Part shown: positions 35,401-50,400 of the stretch, piece after piece | How the letters are laid out: each line of letters begins with the position of its first letter | Numbering within the stretch: the first letter of the stretch is position 1 | Source of the DNA: Eledone cirrhosa | Lineage: Eukaryota | Reading direction: 5' to 3' | Length of the DNA stretch: 64,000 nucleotides | Assembly (NCBI GenBank): GCA_964016885.1 | Contig: OZ024740.1 | Coordinates: forward strand, 10,106,001-10,170,000 | Program-made: the position numbers and the translations under genes | The notes under the pieces: model-generated | What the model was told of the DNA's origin: nothing | The model's database searches: none | The model's input: only the letters and a program-made list of their open reading frames with translations

Positions 35401-38400
35401 AGTGTATATAGGTGTTATAGTATAGAGTTATATAGGTGTTATAGTATAGAGTGTATATAGGTGTTATAGTATAGAGTGGTATATAGGGTTATAGTATAGA
35501 GTGTATATAGGGTTATACTATAAAGTGTATATAGTGTTATAGTATAGAGTGTATATAGGTGTTATAGTATAGAGTGTATATAGGTGTTATAGTATAGAGT
35601 GTATATAGGGTTATAGTATAGAGTGTATATAGGTGTTTATAGTATAGAGTGTATATAGGGTTATAGTATAAAGTGTATATAGGGTTATAGTATAGAGTGT
35701 ATATAGGGTTATAGTATAGAGTGTATATAGGGTTACAGTATAGAGTGTATATAGGTGTTATAGTATAGAGTGTATATAGGGTTATAGTATAGAGTGTATA
35801 TAGGGTTATAGTATAGAGTGTATATAGGTGTTATAGTATAGAGTGTATATAGGGTTATAGTATAGAGTGTATATAGGGTTATAGTATAGAGTGTATATAG
35901 GTGTTATAGTATAGAGTGTATATAGGTGTTATAGTATAGAGTGTATATAGGGTTTATAGTATAGAGTGTATATAGGGTTATAGTATAGAGTGTATATAGG
36001 TGTTATAGTATAGAGTGTATATAGGTGTTATAGTATAAAGTGTATATAGGGTTATAGTATAAAGTGTATATAGGGTTATAGTATAGAGTGTATATAGGGT
36101 TATAGTATAGAGTGTATATAGGGTGTATAGTATAGAGTGTATATAGGTCTTATAGTATAGAGTATATATAGGTGTTATAGTATAGAGTGTATATAGGGTT
36201 ATAGTATAGAGTGTATATATGGGTTATAGTATAGAGTGTATATAGGTGTTATAGTATATGGTATATATAGGTGTTATAGTATAGAGTGTATATAGGTGTT
36301 ATAGTATAGAGTGTATATAGGGTTATAGTATAGAGTGTATATAGGGTCATAGTATAAAGTGAATATAGGGGTATAGTATAGAGTGTATATAGGTGTTATA
36401 GTATAGAGTGTATATAGGTGTTATAGTATAGAGTGTATATAGGGTTATAGTATAGAGTGTATATAGGTGTTATAGTATAGAGTGTATATAGGGTTATAGT
36501 ATAGAGTGTATATAGGGTTATAGTATAAAGTGTATATAGGGTTATAGTATAGAGTGTATATAGGGTTAAAGTATAGAGTGTATATAGGGTTAATTATATA
36601 GAGTGTATATAGGTGTTATAGTATAGAGTGTATATAGGGTTATAGTATAGAGTGTATATAGGGTTATAGTATAGAGTGTATATAGGTGTTATAGTATAGA
36701 GTGTATATAGGGTTATAGTATAGAGTGTATATAGGGTTATAGTATAGAGTGTATATAGGTGTTATAGTATAGAGTGTATATAGGTGTTATAGTATAGAGT
36801 GTATATAGGGTTATAGTATAGAGTGTATAGAGGGTTATAGTATAGAGTGTATATAGGTGTTATAGTATAGAGTGTATATAGGTGTTATAGTATAAAGTGT
36901 ATATAGGGTTATAGTATAAAGTGTATATAGGGTTATAGTATAGAGTGTATATAGGGTTATAGTATAGAGTGTATATAGGGTTATAGTATAGAGTGTATAT
37001 AGGTGTTATAGTATAGAGTATATATAGGTGTTATAGTATAGAGTGTATATAGGTGTTATAGTATAGAGTGTATATAGGGTTATAGTATAAAGTGTATATA
37101 GGGTTATAGTATAAAGTGTATATAGGGTTATAGTATAGAGTGTATATAGGTGTTATAGTATAGAGTGTATATAGGTGTTATAGTATAGAGTGTATATAGG
37201 GTTATAGTATAGAGTGTATATAGGTGTTATAGTATAGAGTGTATATAGGGTTATAGTATAGAGTGTATATAGGGTTATAGTATAGAGTGTATATAGGTGT
37301 TATAGTATAGAGTATATATAGGTGTTATAGTATAGAGTGTATATAGGTGTTATAGTATAAAGTGTATATAGGGTTATAGTATAGAGTGTATATAGGGTTA
37401 TAGTATAGAGTGTATATAGGGTTATAGTATAGAGTGTATATAGGTTTTATAGTATAGAGTATATATAGGTGTTATAGTATAGAGTGTATATAGGTGTTAT
37501 AGTATAGAGTGTATATAGGGTTATAGTATAGAGGGTATATAGGGTTATAGTATAAAGTGTATATAGGGTTATAATATAGAGTGTATATAGGTGTTATAGT
37601 ATAGAGTGTATATAGGTGTTATAGTATAGAGTGTATATAGGGTTATAGTATAGAGTGTATATAGGTGTTATAGTATAGAGTGTATATAGGGTTATAGTAT
37701 AGAGTGTATATAGGGTTATAGTATAAAGTGTATATAGGGTTATAGTATAGAGTGTATATAGGGTTATAGTATAGAGTGTATATAGGGTTATAGTATAGAG
37801 TGTATATAGGTGTTATAGTATAGAGTGTGTATAGGTGTTATAGTATAGAGTGTATATAGGGTTATAGTATAGAGTGTATATAGGGTTATAGTATAGAGTG
37901 TATATAGGTGTTATAGTATAGAGTGTATATAGGTGTTATAGTATAGAGTGTGTATAGGTGTTATAGTATAGAGTGTATATAGGGTTATAGTATAGAGTGT
38001 ATATAGGGTTATAGTATAGAGTGTATATAGGTGTTATAGTATAGAGTGTATATAGGGTTATAGTATAGAGTGTATATAGGGTTTTAGTATAGAGTGTATA
38101 TAGGGTTATAGTATAGAGTGTATATAGGCTTATAGTATAGAGTGTATATAGGTGTTATAGTATAGAGTGTATATAGGGTTATAGTATAGAGTATACATAG
38201 GTGTTATAGTATAGAGTGTATATAGGTGTTATAGTATAGAGTGTATATAGGGTTATAGTATAGAGTGTATATAGGTGTTATAGTATAGAGTGTATATAGG
38301 GTTATAGTATAGAGTGTATATAGGTGTTGTAGTATAGAGTATATATAGGTGTTATAGTATAGAGTGTATATAGGTGTTATAGTATAAAGTGTATATAGGG

Positions 38401-41400
38401 TTATAGTATAAAGTGTATATAGGGTTAAAGTATAGAGTGTATATAGGGTTATAGTATAGAGTGTATATAGGTTTATAGTATAGAGTGTATATAGGTGTTA
38501 TAGTATAGAGTATATATAGGTATTATAGTATAGAGTGTATATAGGTGTTATAGTATAGAGTGTATATAGGGTTATAGTATAGAGTGTATATAGGGTTATA
38601 GTATAAAGTGTATATAGTGTTATAGTATAGAGTGTATATAGGTGTTATAGTATAGAGTGTATATAGGTGTTATAGTATAGAGTGTATATAGGGTTATAGT
38701 ACAGAGTGTATATAGGTGTTATAGTATAGAGTGTATATAGGGTTATAGTATAAAGTGTATATAGGGTTATAGTATAGAGTGTATATAGGGTTATAGTATA
38801 GAGTGTATATAGGGTTATAGTATAGAGTGTATATAGGTGTTATAGTATAGAGTGTATATAGGGTTATAGTATAGAGTGTATATAGGGTTATAGTATAGAG
38901 TGTATATAGGTGTTATAGTATAGAGTGTATATAGGGTTATAGTATAGAGTGTATATAGGGTTATAGTATAGAGTGTATATAGGTGTTATAGTATAGAGTG
39001 TATATTGGTGTTATAGTATAGAGTGTATATAGGGTTATAGTATAGAGTGTATATAGGGTTATAGTATAGAGTGTATATAGGTGTTATAGTATAGAGTGTA
39101 TATAGGTGTTATAGTATAAAGTGTATATAGGGTTATAGTATAAAGTGTATATAGGGTTATAGTATAGAGTGTATATAGGGTTATAGTATAGAGTGTATAT
39201 AGGGTTATAGTATAGAGTGTATATAGGTCTTATAGTATAGAGTATATATAGGTGTTATAGTATAGAGTGTATATAGGGTTATAGTATAATAGTATAGAGT
39301 GTATATAGGGTTATAGTATAGAGTGTATATAGGTGTTATAGTATATGTTATATATAGGTGTTATAGTATAGAGTGTATATAGGTGTTATAGTATATGGTA
39401 TATATAGGTGTTATAGTATAGAGTGTATATAGGTGTTATAGTATAGAGTGTATATAGGGTTATAGTATAGAGTGTATATAGGGTCATAGTATAAAGTGTA
39501 TATAGGGTTATAGTATAGAGTGTATATAGGTGTTATAGTATAGAGTGTATATAGGTGTTATAGTATAGAGTGTATATAGGGTTATAGTATAGAGTGTATA
39601 TAGGTGTTATAGTATAGAGTGTATATAGGGTTATAGTATAGAGTGTATATAGGGTTATAGTATAAAGTGTATATAGGGTTATAGTATAGAGTGTATATAG
39701 GGTTAAAGTATAGAGTGTATATAGGGTTAATTATATAGAGTGTATATAGGTGTTATAGTATAGAGTGTATATAGGGTTATAGTATAGAGTGCATATAGGG
39801 TTATAGTATAGAGTGTATATAGGTGTTATAGTATAGAGTGTATATAGGGTTATAGTATAGAGTGTATATAGGGTTATAGTATAGAGTGTATATAGGTGTT
39901 ATAGTATAGAGTGTATATAGGTGTTATAGTATAGAGTGTATATAGGGTTATAGTATAGAGTGTATAGAGGGTTATAGTATAGAGTGTATATAGGTGTTAT
40001 AGTATAGAGTGTATATAGGTGTTATAGTATAAAGTGTATATAGGGTTATAGTATAAAGTGTATATAGGGTTATAGTATAGAGTGTATATAGGGATATAGT
40101 ATAGAGTGTATATAGGGTTATAGTATAGAGTGTATATAGGTGTTATAGTATAGAGTATATATAGGTGTTATAGTATAGAGTGTATATAGGTGTTATAGTA
40201 TAGAGTGTATATAGGGTTATAGTATAAAGTGTATATAGGGTTATAGTATAAAGTGTATATAGGGTTATAGTATAAAGTGTATATAGTGTTAAAGTATAGA
40301 GTGTATATAGGTGTTATAGTATAGAGTGTATATAGGTGTTATAGTATAGAGTGTATATAGGGTTATAGTATAGAGTGTATATAGGTGTTATAGTATAGAG
40401 TGTATATAGGGTTATAGTATAGAGTGTATATAGGGTTATAGTATAAAGTGTATATAGGGTTATAGTATAGAGTGTATATAGGGTTATAGTATAGAGTGTA
40501 TATAGGGTTATAGTATAGAGTGTATATAGGGTTATAGTATAGAGTATATATAGGTGTTATAGTATAGAGTGTATATAGGTGTTATAGTATAGAGTGTATA
40601 TAGGGTTATAGTATAAAGTGTATATAGGGTTATAGTATAGAGTGTATATAGGGTTATAGTATAGAGTGTATATAGGGTTATAGTATAAAGTGTATATAGG
40701 GTTATAGTATAGAGTGTATATAGGGTTATAGTATAGAGTGTATATAGGGTTATAGTATAGAGTGTATATAGGGTTATAGTATAGAGTGTATATAGGTGTT
40801 ATAGTATAAAGTGTATATAGGGTTATAGTATAGAATGTATATAGGGTTATAGTATAGAGTGTATATAGGGTTATAGTATAGAGTGTATATAGGGTTATAG
40901 TATAAAGTGTATATAGGGTTATAGTATAGAGTGTATATAGGTGTTATAGTATAGAGTGTATATAGGGTTATAGTATAAAGTGTATATAGGGTTATAGTAT
41001 AGAGTGTATATAGGGTTATAGTATAAAGTGTATATAGGGTTATAGTATAGAGTGTATATAGGGTTATAGTATAGAGTGTATATACGGTTATAGTATAGAG
41101 TGTATATAGGGTTATAGTATAGAGTGTATATAGGTGTTATAGTATAGAGTGTATATAGGTGTTATAGTATAGAGTGTATATAGGGTTATAGTATAAAGTG
41201 TATATAGGGTTATAGTATAGAGTGTATATAGGGTTATAGTATAGAGTGTATATAGGGTTATAGTATAGAGTGTATATAGGGTTATAGTATAGAGTGTATA
41301 TAGGTGTTATAGTATAGAGTGTATATAGGTGTTATAGTATAGAGTGTATATCGGTGTTATAGTATAGAGTGTATATAGGTGTTATAGTATAGAGTGTATA

Positions 41401-44400
41401 TCGGTGTTATAGTATAGAGTGTATATAGGTGTTATAGTATAGAGTGTATATAGGTGTTATAGTATAGAGTGTATATAGGGTTATAGTATAAAGTGTATAT
41501 AGGGTTATAGTATAGAGTGTATATAGGGTTATAGTATAGAGTGTATATAGGGTTATAGTATAGAGTGTATATAGGGTTATAGTATAGAGTGTATATAGGT
41601 GTTATAGTATAGAGTGTATATAGGTGTTATAGTATAGAGTGTATATCGGTGTTATAGTATAGAGTGTATATAGGTGTTATAGTATAGAGGGTATCGGTGT
41701 TATAGTATAGAGAGTATATAGGTGTTATAGTATAGAGTGTATGTACGTGTTATAGTATAGAGTGTATATAGGGTTATAGTATTGAGTGTATATAGGTGTT
41801 ATAGTATAGAGTGTATATAGGTGTTATAGTATAGAGTGTATATAGGGTTATAGTATAGAGTGTATATAGGGTTATAGTATAGAGTGTATATAGGGTTATA
41901 GTATAGAGTGTATATAGGTGTTATGGTATAGAGTGTATATAGGTGTTATAGTATAGAGTGTATATAGGTGTTATAGTATAGAGTGTATATAGGTGTTATA
42001 GTATAGAGTGTATATCGGTGTTATTGTATAGAGTATATATAGGTGTTATAGTATAGAGTGTATGTAGGTGTTATAGTATAGAGTGTATATAGTGTTATAG
42101 TATAGAGTGTATATAGGGTTATAGTATAGAGTATATATAGGGTTATAGTATAGAGTGTATATAGGTGTTATAGTATAGAGTGTATATAGGGTTATAGTAT
42201 AGAGTGTATATAGGTGTTATAGTATAGAGTGTATATAGGGTTATAGTATAGAGTATACATAGGTGTTATAGTATAGAGTGTATATGGGTGTTATAGTATA
42301 GAGTGTATATAGGGTTATAGTATAGAGTGTATATAGCTGTTATAGTATAGAGTGTATATAGGGTTATAGTATAGAGTGTATATAGGTGTTATAGTATAGA
42401 GTATATATAGGTGTTATAGTATAGAGTGTATATAGGTGTTATAGTATAAAGTGTATATATGGTTATAGAATAAAGTGTATATAGGGTTATAGTATAGAGT
42501 GTATATAGTTTTATAGTATAGAGTGTATATAGGGTTATAGTATAGAGTGTATATAGGTGTTATAGTATAGAGTATATATAGGTGTTATAGTATAGAGTGT
42601 ATATAGGGTTATAGTATAGAGTGTATATAGGGTTATAGTATAAAGTGTATATAGGGTTATAGTATAGAGTGTATATAGGTGTTATAGTATAGAGTGTATA
42701 TAGGTGTTATAGTATAGAGTGTATATAGGGTTATAGTATAGAGTGTATATAGGGTTATAGTATAGAGTGTATATAGGGTTATAGTATAGAGTGTATATAG
42801 GTGTTATAGTATAGAGTGTATATAGGTGTTATAGTATAGAGTGTATATAGGGTTATAGTATAGAGTGTATATAGGGTTATAGTATAGAGTGTGTATAGGT
42901 GTTATAGTATAGAGTGTATATAGGGTTATAGTATAGAGTGTATATAGGGTTATAGTATAGAGTGTATATAGGTGTTATAGTATAGAGTGTGTATAGGTGT
43001 TATAGTATAGAGTGTATATAGGGTTATAGTATAGAGTGTATATAGGGTTATAGTATAGAGTGTATATAGGTGTTATAGTATAGAGTCTATATAGGTGTTA
43101 TAGTATAGAGTGTGTATAGGTGTTATAGTATAGAGTGTATATAGGGTTATAGTATAGAGTGTATATAGGGTTATAGTATAGAGTGTATATAGGTGTTATA
43201 GTATAGATTGTATATAGGGTTATAGTATAGAGTGTATATAGGGTTATAGTATAGAGTGTATATAGGGTTATAGTATAGAGTGTATATAGGGTTATAGTAT
43301 AGAGTGTATATAGGTGTTATGGTATAGAGTGTATGTAGGGTTATAGTATAGAGTATACATAGGTGTTATAGTATAGAGTGTATATAGGTGTTATAGTATA
43401 GAGTGTGTATAGGTGTTATAGTATAGAGTGTATATAGGGTTATAGTATAGAGTGTATATAGGGTTATAGTATAGAGTGTATATAGGTGTTATAGTATAGA
43501 GTGTATATAGGTGTTATAGTATAGAGTGTGTATAGGTGTTATAGTATAGAGTGTATATAGGGTTATAGTATAGAGTGTATATAGGGTTATAGTATAGAGT
43601 GTATATAGGTGTTATAGTATAGAGTGTATATAGGGTTATAGTATAGAGTGTATATAGTGTTTTAGTATAGAGTGTATATAGGGTTATAGTATAGAGTGTA
43701 TATAGGCTTATAGTATAGAGTGTATATAGGTGTTATAGTATAGAGTGTATATAGGGTTATAGTATAGAGTATACATAGGTGTTATAATATAGAGTGTATA
43801 TAGGTGTTATAGTATAGAGTGTATATAGGGTTATAGTATAGAGTGTATATAGGTGTTATAGTATAGAGTGTATATAGGGTTATAGTATAGAGTGTATATA
43901 GGGTTATAGTATAGAGTGTATATAGGTGTTATAGTATAGAGTGTATATAGGTGTTATAGTATAGAGTGTATATAGGGTTATAGTATATAGTGTATATGGG
44001 GTTATAGTATACAGTGTGTATAGGTGTTATAGTATAGAGTGTATATAGGGTTATAGTATAGAGTGTATATAGGGTTATAGTATAGAGTGTATATAGGTTT
44101 TATCGTATAGAGTGTGTATAGGTGTTATAGTATAGAGTGTATATAGGGTTATAGTATAGAGTGTATATAGGGTTATAGTATAGAGTGTATATAGGTGTTA
44201 TAGTATAGAGTGTGTATAGGTGTTATAGTATAGAGTGTATATAGGGTTATAGTATAGAGTGTATATAGGGTTATAGTATAGAGTGTATATAGGTGTTATA
44301 GTATAGAGTGTATATAGGTTTATAGTATAGAGTGTATATAGGGTTATAGTATAGAGTGTATATAGGTGTTATAGTATAGAGTGTATATAGGTGTTATAGT

Positions 44401-47400
44401 ATAGAGTGTATATAGGGTTATAGTATAGAGTGTATATAGGGTTATAGTATAGAGTGTATATAGGTGTTATAGTATAGAGTGTATATAGGGTTATAGTATA
44501 GAGTGTATATAGGGTTATAGTATAGATTGTATATAGGTGTTATAGTATAGAGTGTATATAGGGTTATAGTATAGAGTGTATATAGGGTTATAGTATAGAG
44601 TGTATATAGGTGTTATAGTATAGAGTGTATATAGGTGTTATAGTATAGAGTGTATATAGGGTTATAGTATAGAGTGTATATAGGGTTATAGTATAGAGTG
44701 TGTGTAGGTGTTATAGTATAGAGTGTATATAGGGTTATAGTATAGAGTGTATATAGGGTTATAGTATAGAGTGTATATAGGTGTTATCGTATAGAGTGTG
44801 TATAGGTGTTATAGTATAGAGTGTATATAGGGTTATAGTATAGAGTGTATATAGGGTTATAGTATAGAGTGTATATAGGTGTTATAGTATAGAGTCTATA
44901 TAGGTGTTATAGTATAGAGTGTGTATAGGTGTTATAGTATAGAGTGTATATAGGGTTATAGTATAGAGTGTATATAGGGTTATAGTATAGAGTGTATATA
45001 GGTGTTATAGTATAGAGTGTATATAGGGTTATAGTATAGAGTGTATATAGGGTTATAGTATAGAGTGTATATAGGGTTATAGTATAGAGTGTATATAGGG
45101 TTATAGTATAGAGTGTATATAGGTGTTATGGTATAGAGTGTATGTAGGGTTATAGTATAGAGTATACATAGGTGTTATAGTATAGAGTGTATATAGGTGT
45201 TATAGTATAGAGTGTATGTACGTGTTATAGTATAGAGTGTATATAGGGTTATAGTATTGAGTGTATATAGGTGTTATAGTATAGAGTGTATATAGGTGTT
45301 ATAGTATAGAGTGTATATAGGGTTATAGTATAGAGTGTATATAGGGTTATAGTATAGAGTGTATATAGGGATATAGTATAGAGTGTATATAGGGTTATAG
45401 TATAGAGTGTATATAGGTGTTATAGTATAGAGTATATATAGGTGTTATAGTATAGAGTGTATATAGGTGTTATAGTATAGAGTGTATATAGGGTTATAGT
45501 ATAAAGTGTATATAGGGTTATAGTATAAAGTGTATATAGGGTTATAGTATAAAGTGTATATAGTGTTAAAGTATAGAGTGTATATAGGTGTTATAGTATA
45601 GAGTGTATATAGGTGTTATAGTATAGAGTGTATATAGGGTTATAGTATAGAGTGTATATAGGTGTTATAGTATAGAGTGTATATAGGGTTATAGTATAGA
45701 GTGTATATAGGGTTATAGTATAAAGTGTATATAGGGTTATAGTATAGAGTGTATATAGGGTTATAGTATAGAGTGTATATAGGGTTATAGTATAGAGTGT
45801 ATATAGGGTTATAGTATAGAGTATATATAGGTGTTATAGTATAGAGTGTATATAGGTGTTATAGTATAGAGTGTATATAGGGTTATAGTATAAAGTGTAT
45901 ATAGGGTTATAGTATAGAGTGTATATAGGGTTATAGTATAGAGTGTATATAGGGTTATAGTATAAAGTGTATATAGGGTTATAGTATAGAGTGTATATAG
46001 GGTTATAGTATAGAGTGTATATAGGGTTATAGTATAGAGTGTATATAGGGTTATAGTATAGAGTGTATATAGGTGTTATAGTATAAAGTGTATATAGGGT
46101 TATAGTATAGAATGTATATAGGGTTATAGTATAGAGTGTATATAGGGTTATAGTATAGAGTGTATATAGGGTTATAGTATAAAGTGTATATAGGGTTATA
46201 GTATAGAGTGTATATAGGTGTTATAGTATAGAGTGTATATAGGGTTATAGTATAAAGTGTATATAGGGTTATAGTATAGAGTGTATATAGGGTTATAGTA
46301 TAAAGTGTATATAGGGTTATAGTATAGAGTGTATATAGGGTTATAGTATAGAGTGTATATACGGTTATAGTATAGAGTGTATATAGGGTTATAGTATAGA
46401 GTGTATATAGGTGTTATAGTATAGAGTGTATATAGGTGTTATAGTATAGAGTGTATATAGGGTTATAGTATAAAGTGTATATAGGGTTATAGTATAGAGT
46501 GTATATAGGGTTATAGTATAGAGTGTATATAGGGTTATAGTATAGAGTGTATATAGGGTTATAGTATAGAGTGTATATAGGTGTTATAGTATAGAGTGTA
46601 TATAGGTGTTATAGTATAGAGTGTATATCGGTGTTATAGTATAGAGTGTATATAGGTGTTATAGTATAGAGTGTATATCGGTGTTATAGTATAGAGTGTA
46701 TATAGGTGTTATAGTATAGAGTGTATATAGGTGTTATAGTATAGAGTGTATATAGGGTTATAGTATAAAGTGTATATAGGGTTATAGTATAGAGTGTATA
46801 TAGGGTTATAGTATAGAGTGTATATAGGGTTATAGTATAGAGTGTATATAGGGTTATAGTATAGAGTGTATATAGGTGTTATAGTATAGAGTGTATATAG
46901 GTGTTATAGTATAGAGTGTATATCGGTGTTATAGTATAGAGTGTATATAGGTGTTATAGTATAGAGGGTATCGGTGTTATAGTATAGAGAGTATATAGGT
47001 GTTATAGTATAGAGTGTATGTACGTGTTATAGTATAGAGTGTATATAGGGTTATAGTATTGAGTGTATATAGGTGTTATAGTATAGAGTGTATATAGGTG
47101 TTATAGTATAGAGTGTATATAGGGTTATAGTATAGAGTGTATATAGGGTTATAGTATAGAGTGTATATAGGGTTATAGTATAGAGTGTATATAGGTGTTA
47201 TGGTATAGAGTGTATATAGGTGTTATAGTATAGAGTGTATATAGGTGTTATAGTATAGAGTGTATATAGGTGTTATAGTATAGAGTGTATATCGGTGTTA
47301 TTGTATAGAGTATATATAGGTGTTATAGTATAGAGTGTATGTAGGTGTTATAGTATAGAGTGTATATAGTGTTATAGTATAGAGTGTATATAGGGTTATA

Positions 47401-50400
47401 GTATAGAGTATATATAGGGTTATAGTATAGAGTGTATATAGGTGTTATAGTATAGAGTGTATATAGGGTTATAGTATAGAGTGTATATAGGTGTTATAGT
47501 ATAGAGTGTATATAGGGTTATAGTATAGAGTATACATAGGTGTTATAGTATAGAGTGTATATGGGTGTTATAGTATAGAGTGTATATAGGGTTATAGTAT
47601 AGAGTGTATATAGCTGTTATAGTATAGAGTGTATATAGGGTTATAGTATAGAGTGTATATAGGTGTTATAGTATAGAGTATATATAGGTGTTATAGTATA
47701 GAGTGTATATAGGTGTTATAGTATAAAGTGTATATATGGTTATAGAATAAAGTGTATATAGGGTTATAGTATAGAGTGTATATAGTTTTATAGTATAGAG
47801 TGTATATAGGGTTATAGTATAGAGTGTATATAGGTGTTATAGTATAGAGTATATATAGGTGTTATAGTATAGAGTGTATATAGGGTTATAGTATAGAGTG
47901 TATATAGGGTTATAGTATAAAGTGTATATAGGGTTATAGTATAGAGTGTATATAGGTGTTATAGTATAGAGTGTATATAGGTGTTATAGTATAGAGTGTA
48001 TATAGGGTTATAGTATAGAGTGTATATAGGGTTATAGTATAGAGTGTATATAGGGTTATAGTATAGAGTGTATATAGGTGTTATAGTATAGAGTGTATAT
48101 AGGTGTTATAGTATAGAGTGTATATAGGGTTATAGTATAGAGTGTATATAGGGTTATAGTATAGAGTGTGTATAGGTGTTATAGTATAGAGTGTATATAG
48201 GGTTATAGTATAGAGTGTATATAGGGTTATAGTATAGAGTGTATATAGGTGTTATAGTATAGAGTGTGTATAGGTGTTATAGTATAGAGTGTATATAGGG
48301 TTATAGTATAGAGTGTATATAGGGTTATAGTATAGAGTGTATATAGGTGTTATAGTATAGAGTCTATATAGGTGTTATAGTATAGAGTGTGTATAGGTGT
48401 TATAGTATAGAGTGTATATAGGGTTATAGTATAGAGTGTATATAGGGTTATAGTATAGAGTGTATATAGGTGTTATAGTATAGATTGTATATAGGGTTAT
48501 AGTATAGAGTGTATATAGGGTTATAGTATAGAGTGTATATAGGGTTATAGTATAGAGTGTATATAGGGTTATAGTATAGAGTGTATATAGGTGTTATGGT
48601 ATAGAGTGTATGTAGGGTTATAGTATAGAGTATACATAGGTGTTATAGTATAGAGTGTATATAGGTGTTATAGTATAGAGTGTGTATAGGTGTTATAGTA
48701 TAGAGTGTATATAGGGTTATAGTATAGAGTGTATATAGGGTTATAGTATAGAGTGTATATAGGTGTTATAGTATAGAGTGTATATAGGTGTTATAGTATA
48801 GAGTGTGTATAGGTGTTATAGTATAGAGTGTATATAGGGTTATAGTATAGAGTGTATATAGGGTTATAGTATAGAGTGTATATAGGTGTTATAGTATAGA
48901 GTGTATATAGGGTTATAGTATAGAGTGTATATAGTGTTTTAGTATAGAGTGTATATAGGGTTATAGTATAGAGTGTATATAGGCTTATAGTATAGAGTGT
49001 ATATAGGTGTTATAGTATAGAGTGTATATAGGGTTATAGTATAGAGTATACATAGGTGTTATAATATAGAGTGTATATAGGTGTTATAGTATAGAGTGTA
49101 TATAGGGTTATAGTATAGAGTGTATATAGGTGTTATAGTATAGAGTGTATATAGGGTTATAGTATAGAGTGTATATAGGGTTATAGTATAGAGTGTATAT
49201 AGGTGTTATAGTATAGAGTGTATATAGGTGTTATAGTATAGAGTGTATATAGGGTTATAGTATATAGTGTATATGGGGTTATAGTATACAGTGTGTATAG
49301 GTGTTATAGTATAGAGTGTATATAGGGTTATAGTATAGAGTGTATATAGGGTTATAGTATAGAGTGTATATAGGTTTTATCGTATAGAGTGTGTATAGGT
49401 GTTATAGTATAGAGTGTATATAGGGTTATAGTATAGAGTGTATATAGGGTTATAGTATAGAGTGTATATAGGTGTTATAGTATAGAGTGTGTATAGGTGT
49501 TATAGTATAGAGTGTATATAGGGTTATAGTATAGAGTGTATATAGGGTTATAGTATAGAGTGTATATAGGTGTTATAGTATAGAGTGTATATAGGTTTAT
49601 AGTATAGAGTGTATATAGGGTTATAGTATAGAGTGTATATAGGTGTTATAGTATAGAGTGTATATAGGTGTTATAGTATAGAGTGTATATAGGGTTATAG
49701 TATAGAGTGTATATAGGGTTATAGTATAGAGTGTATATAGGTGTTATAGTATAGAGTGTATATAGGGTTATAGTATAGAGTGTATATAGGGTTATAGTAT
49801 AGATTGTATATAGGTGTTATAGTATAGAGTGTATATAGGGTTATAGTATAGAGTGTATATAGGGTTATAGTATAGAGTGTATATAGGTGTTATAGTATAG
49901 AGTGTATATAGGTGTTATAGTATAGAGTGTATATAGGGTTATAGTATAGAGTGTATATAGGGTTATAGTATAGAGTGTGTGTAGGTGTTATAGTATAGAG
50001 TGTATATAGGGTTATAGTATAGAGTGTATATAGGGTTATAGTATAGAGTGTATATAGGTGTTATCGTATAGAGTGTGTATAGGTGTTATAGTATAGAGTG
50101 TATATAGGGTTATAGTATAGAGTGTATATAGGGTTATAGTATAGAGTGTATATAGGTGTTATAGTATAGAGTCTATATAGGTGTTATAGTATAGAGTGTG
50201 TATAGGTGTTATAGTATAGAGTGTATATAGGGTTATAGTATAGAGTGTATATAGGGTTATAGTATAGAGTGTATATAGGTGTTATAGTATAGAGTGTATA
50301 TAGGGTTATAGTATAGAGTGTATATAGGGTTATAGTATAGAGTGTATATAGGGTTATAGTATAGAGTGTATATAGGGTTATAGTATAGAGTGTATATAGG

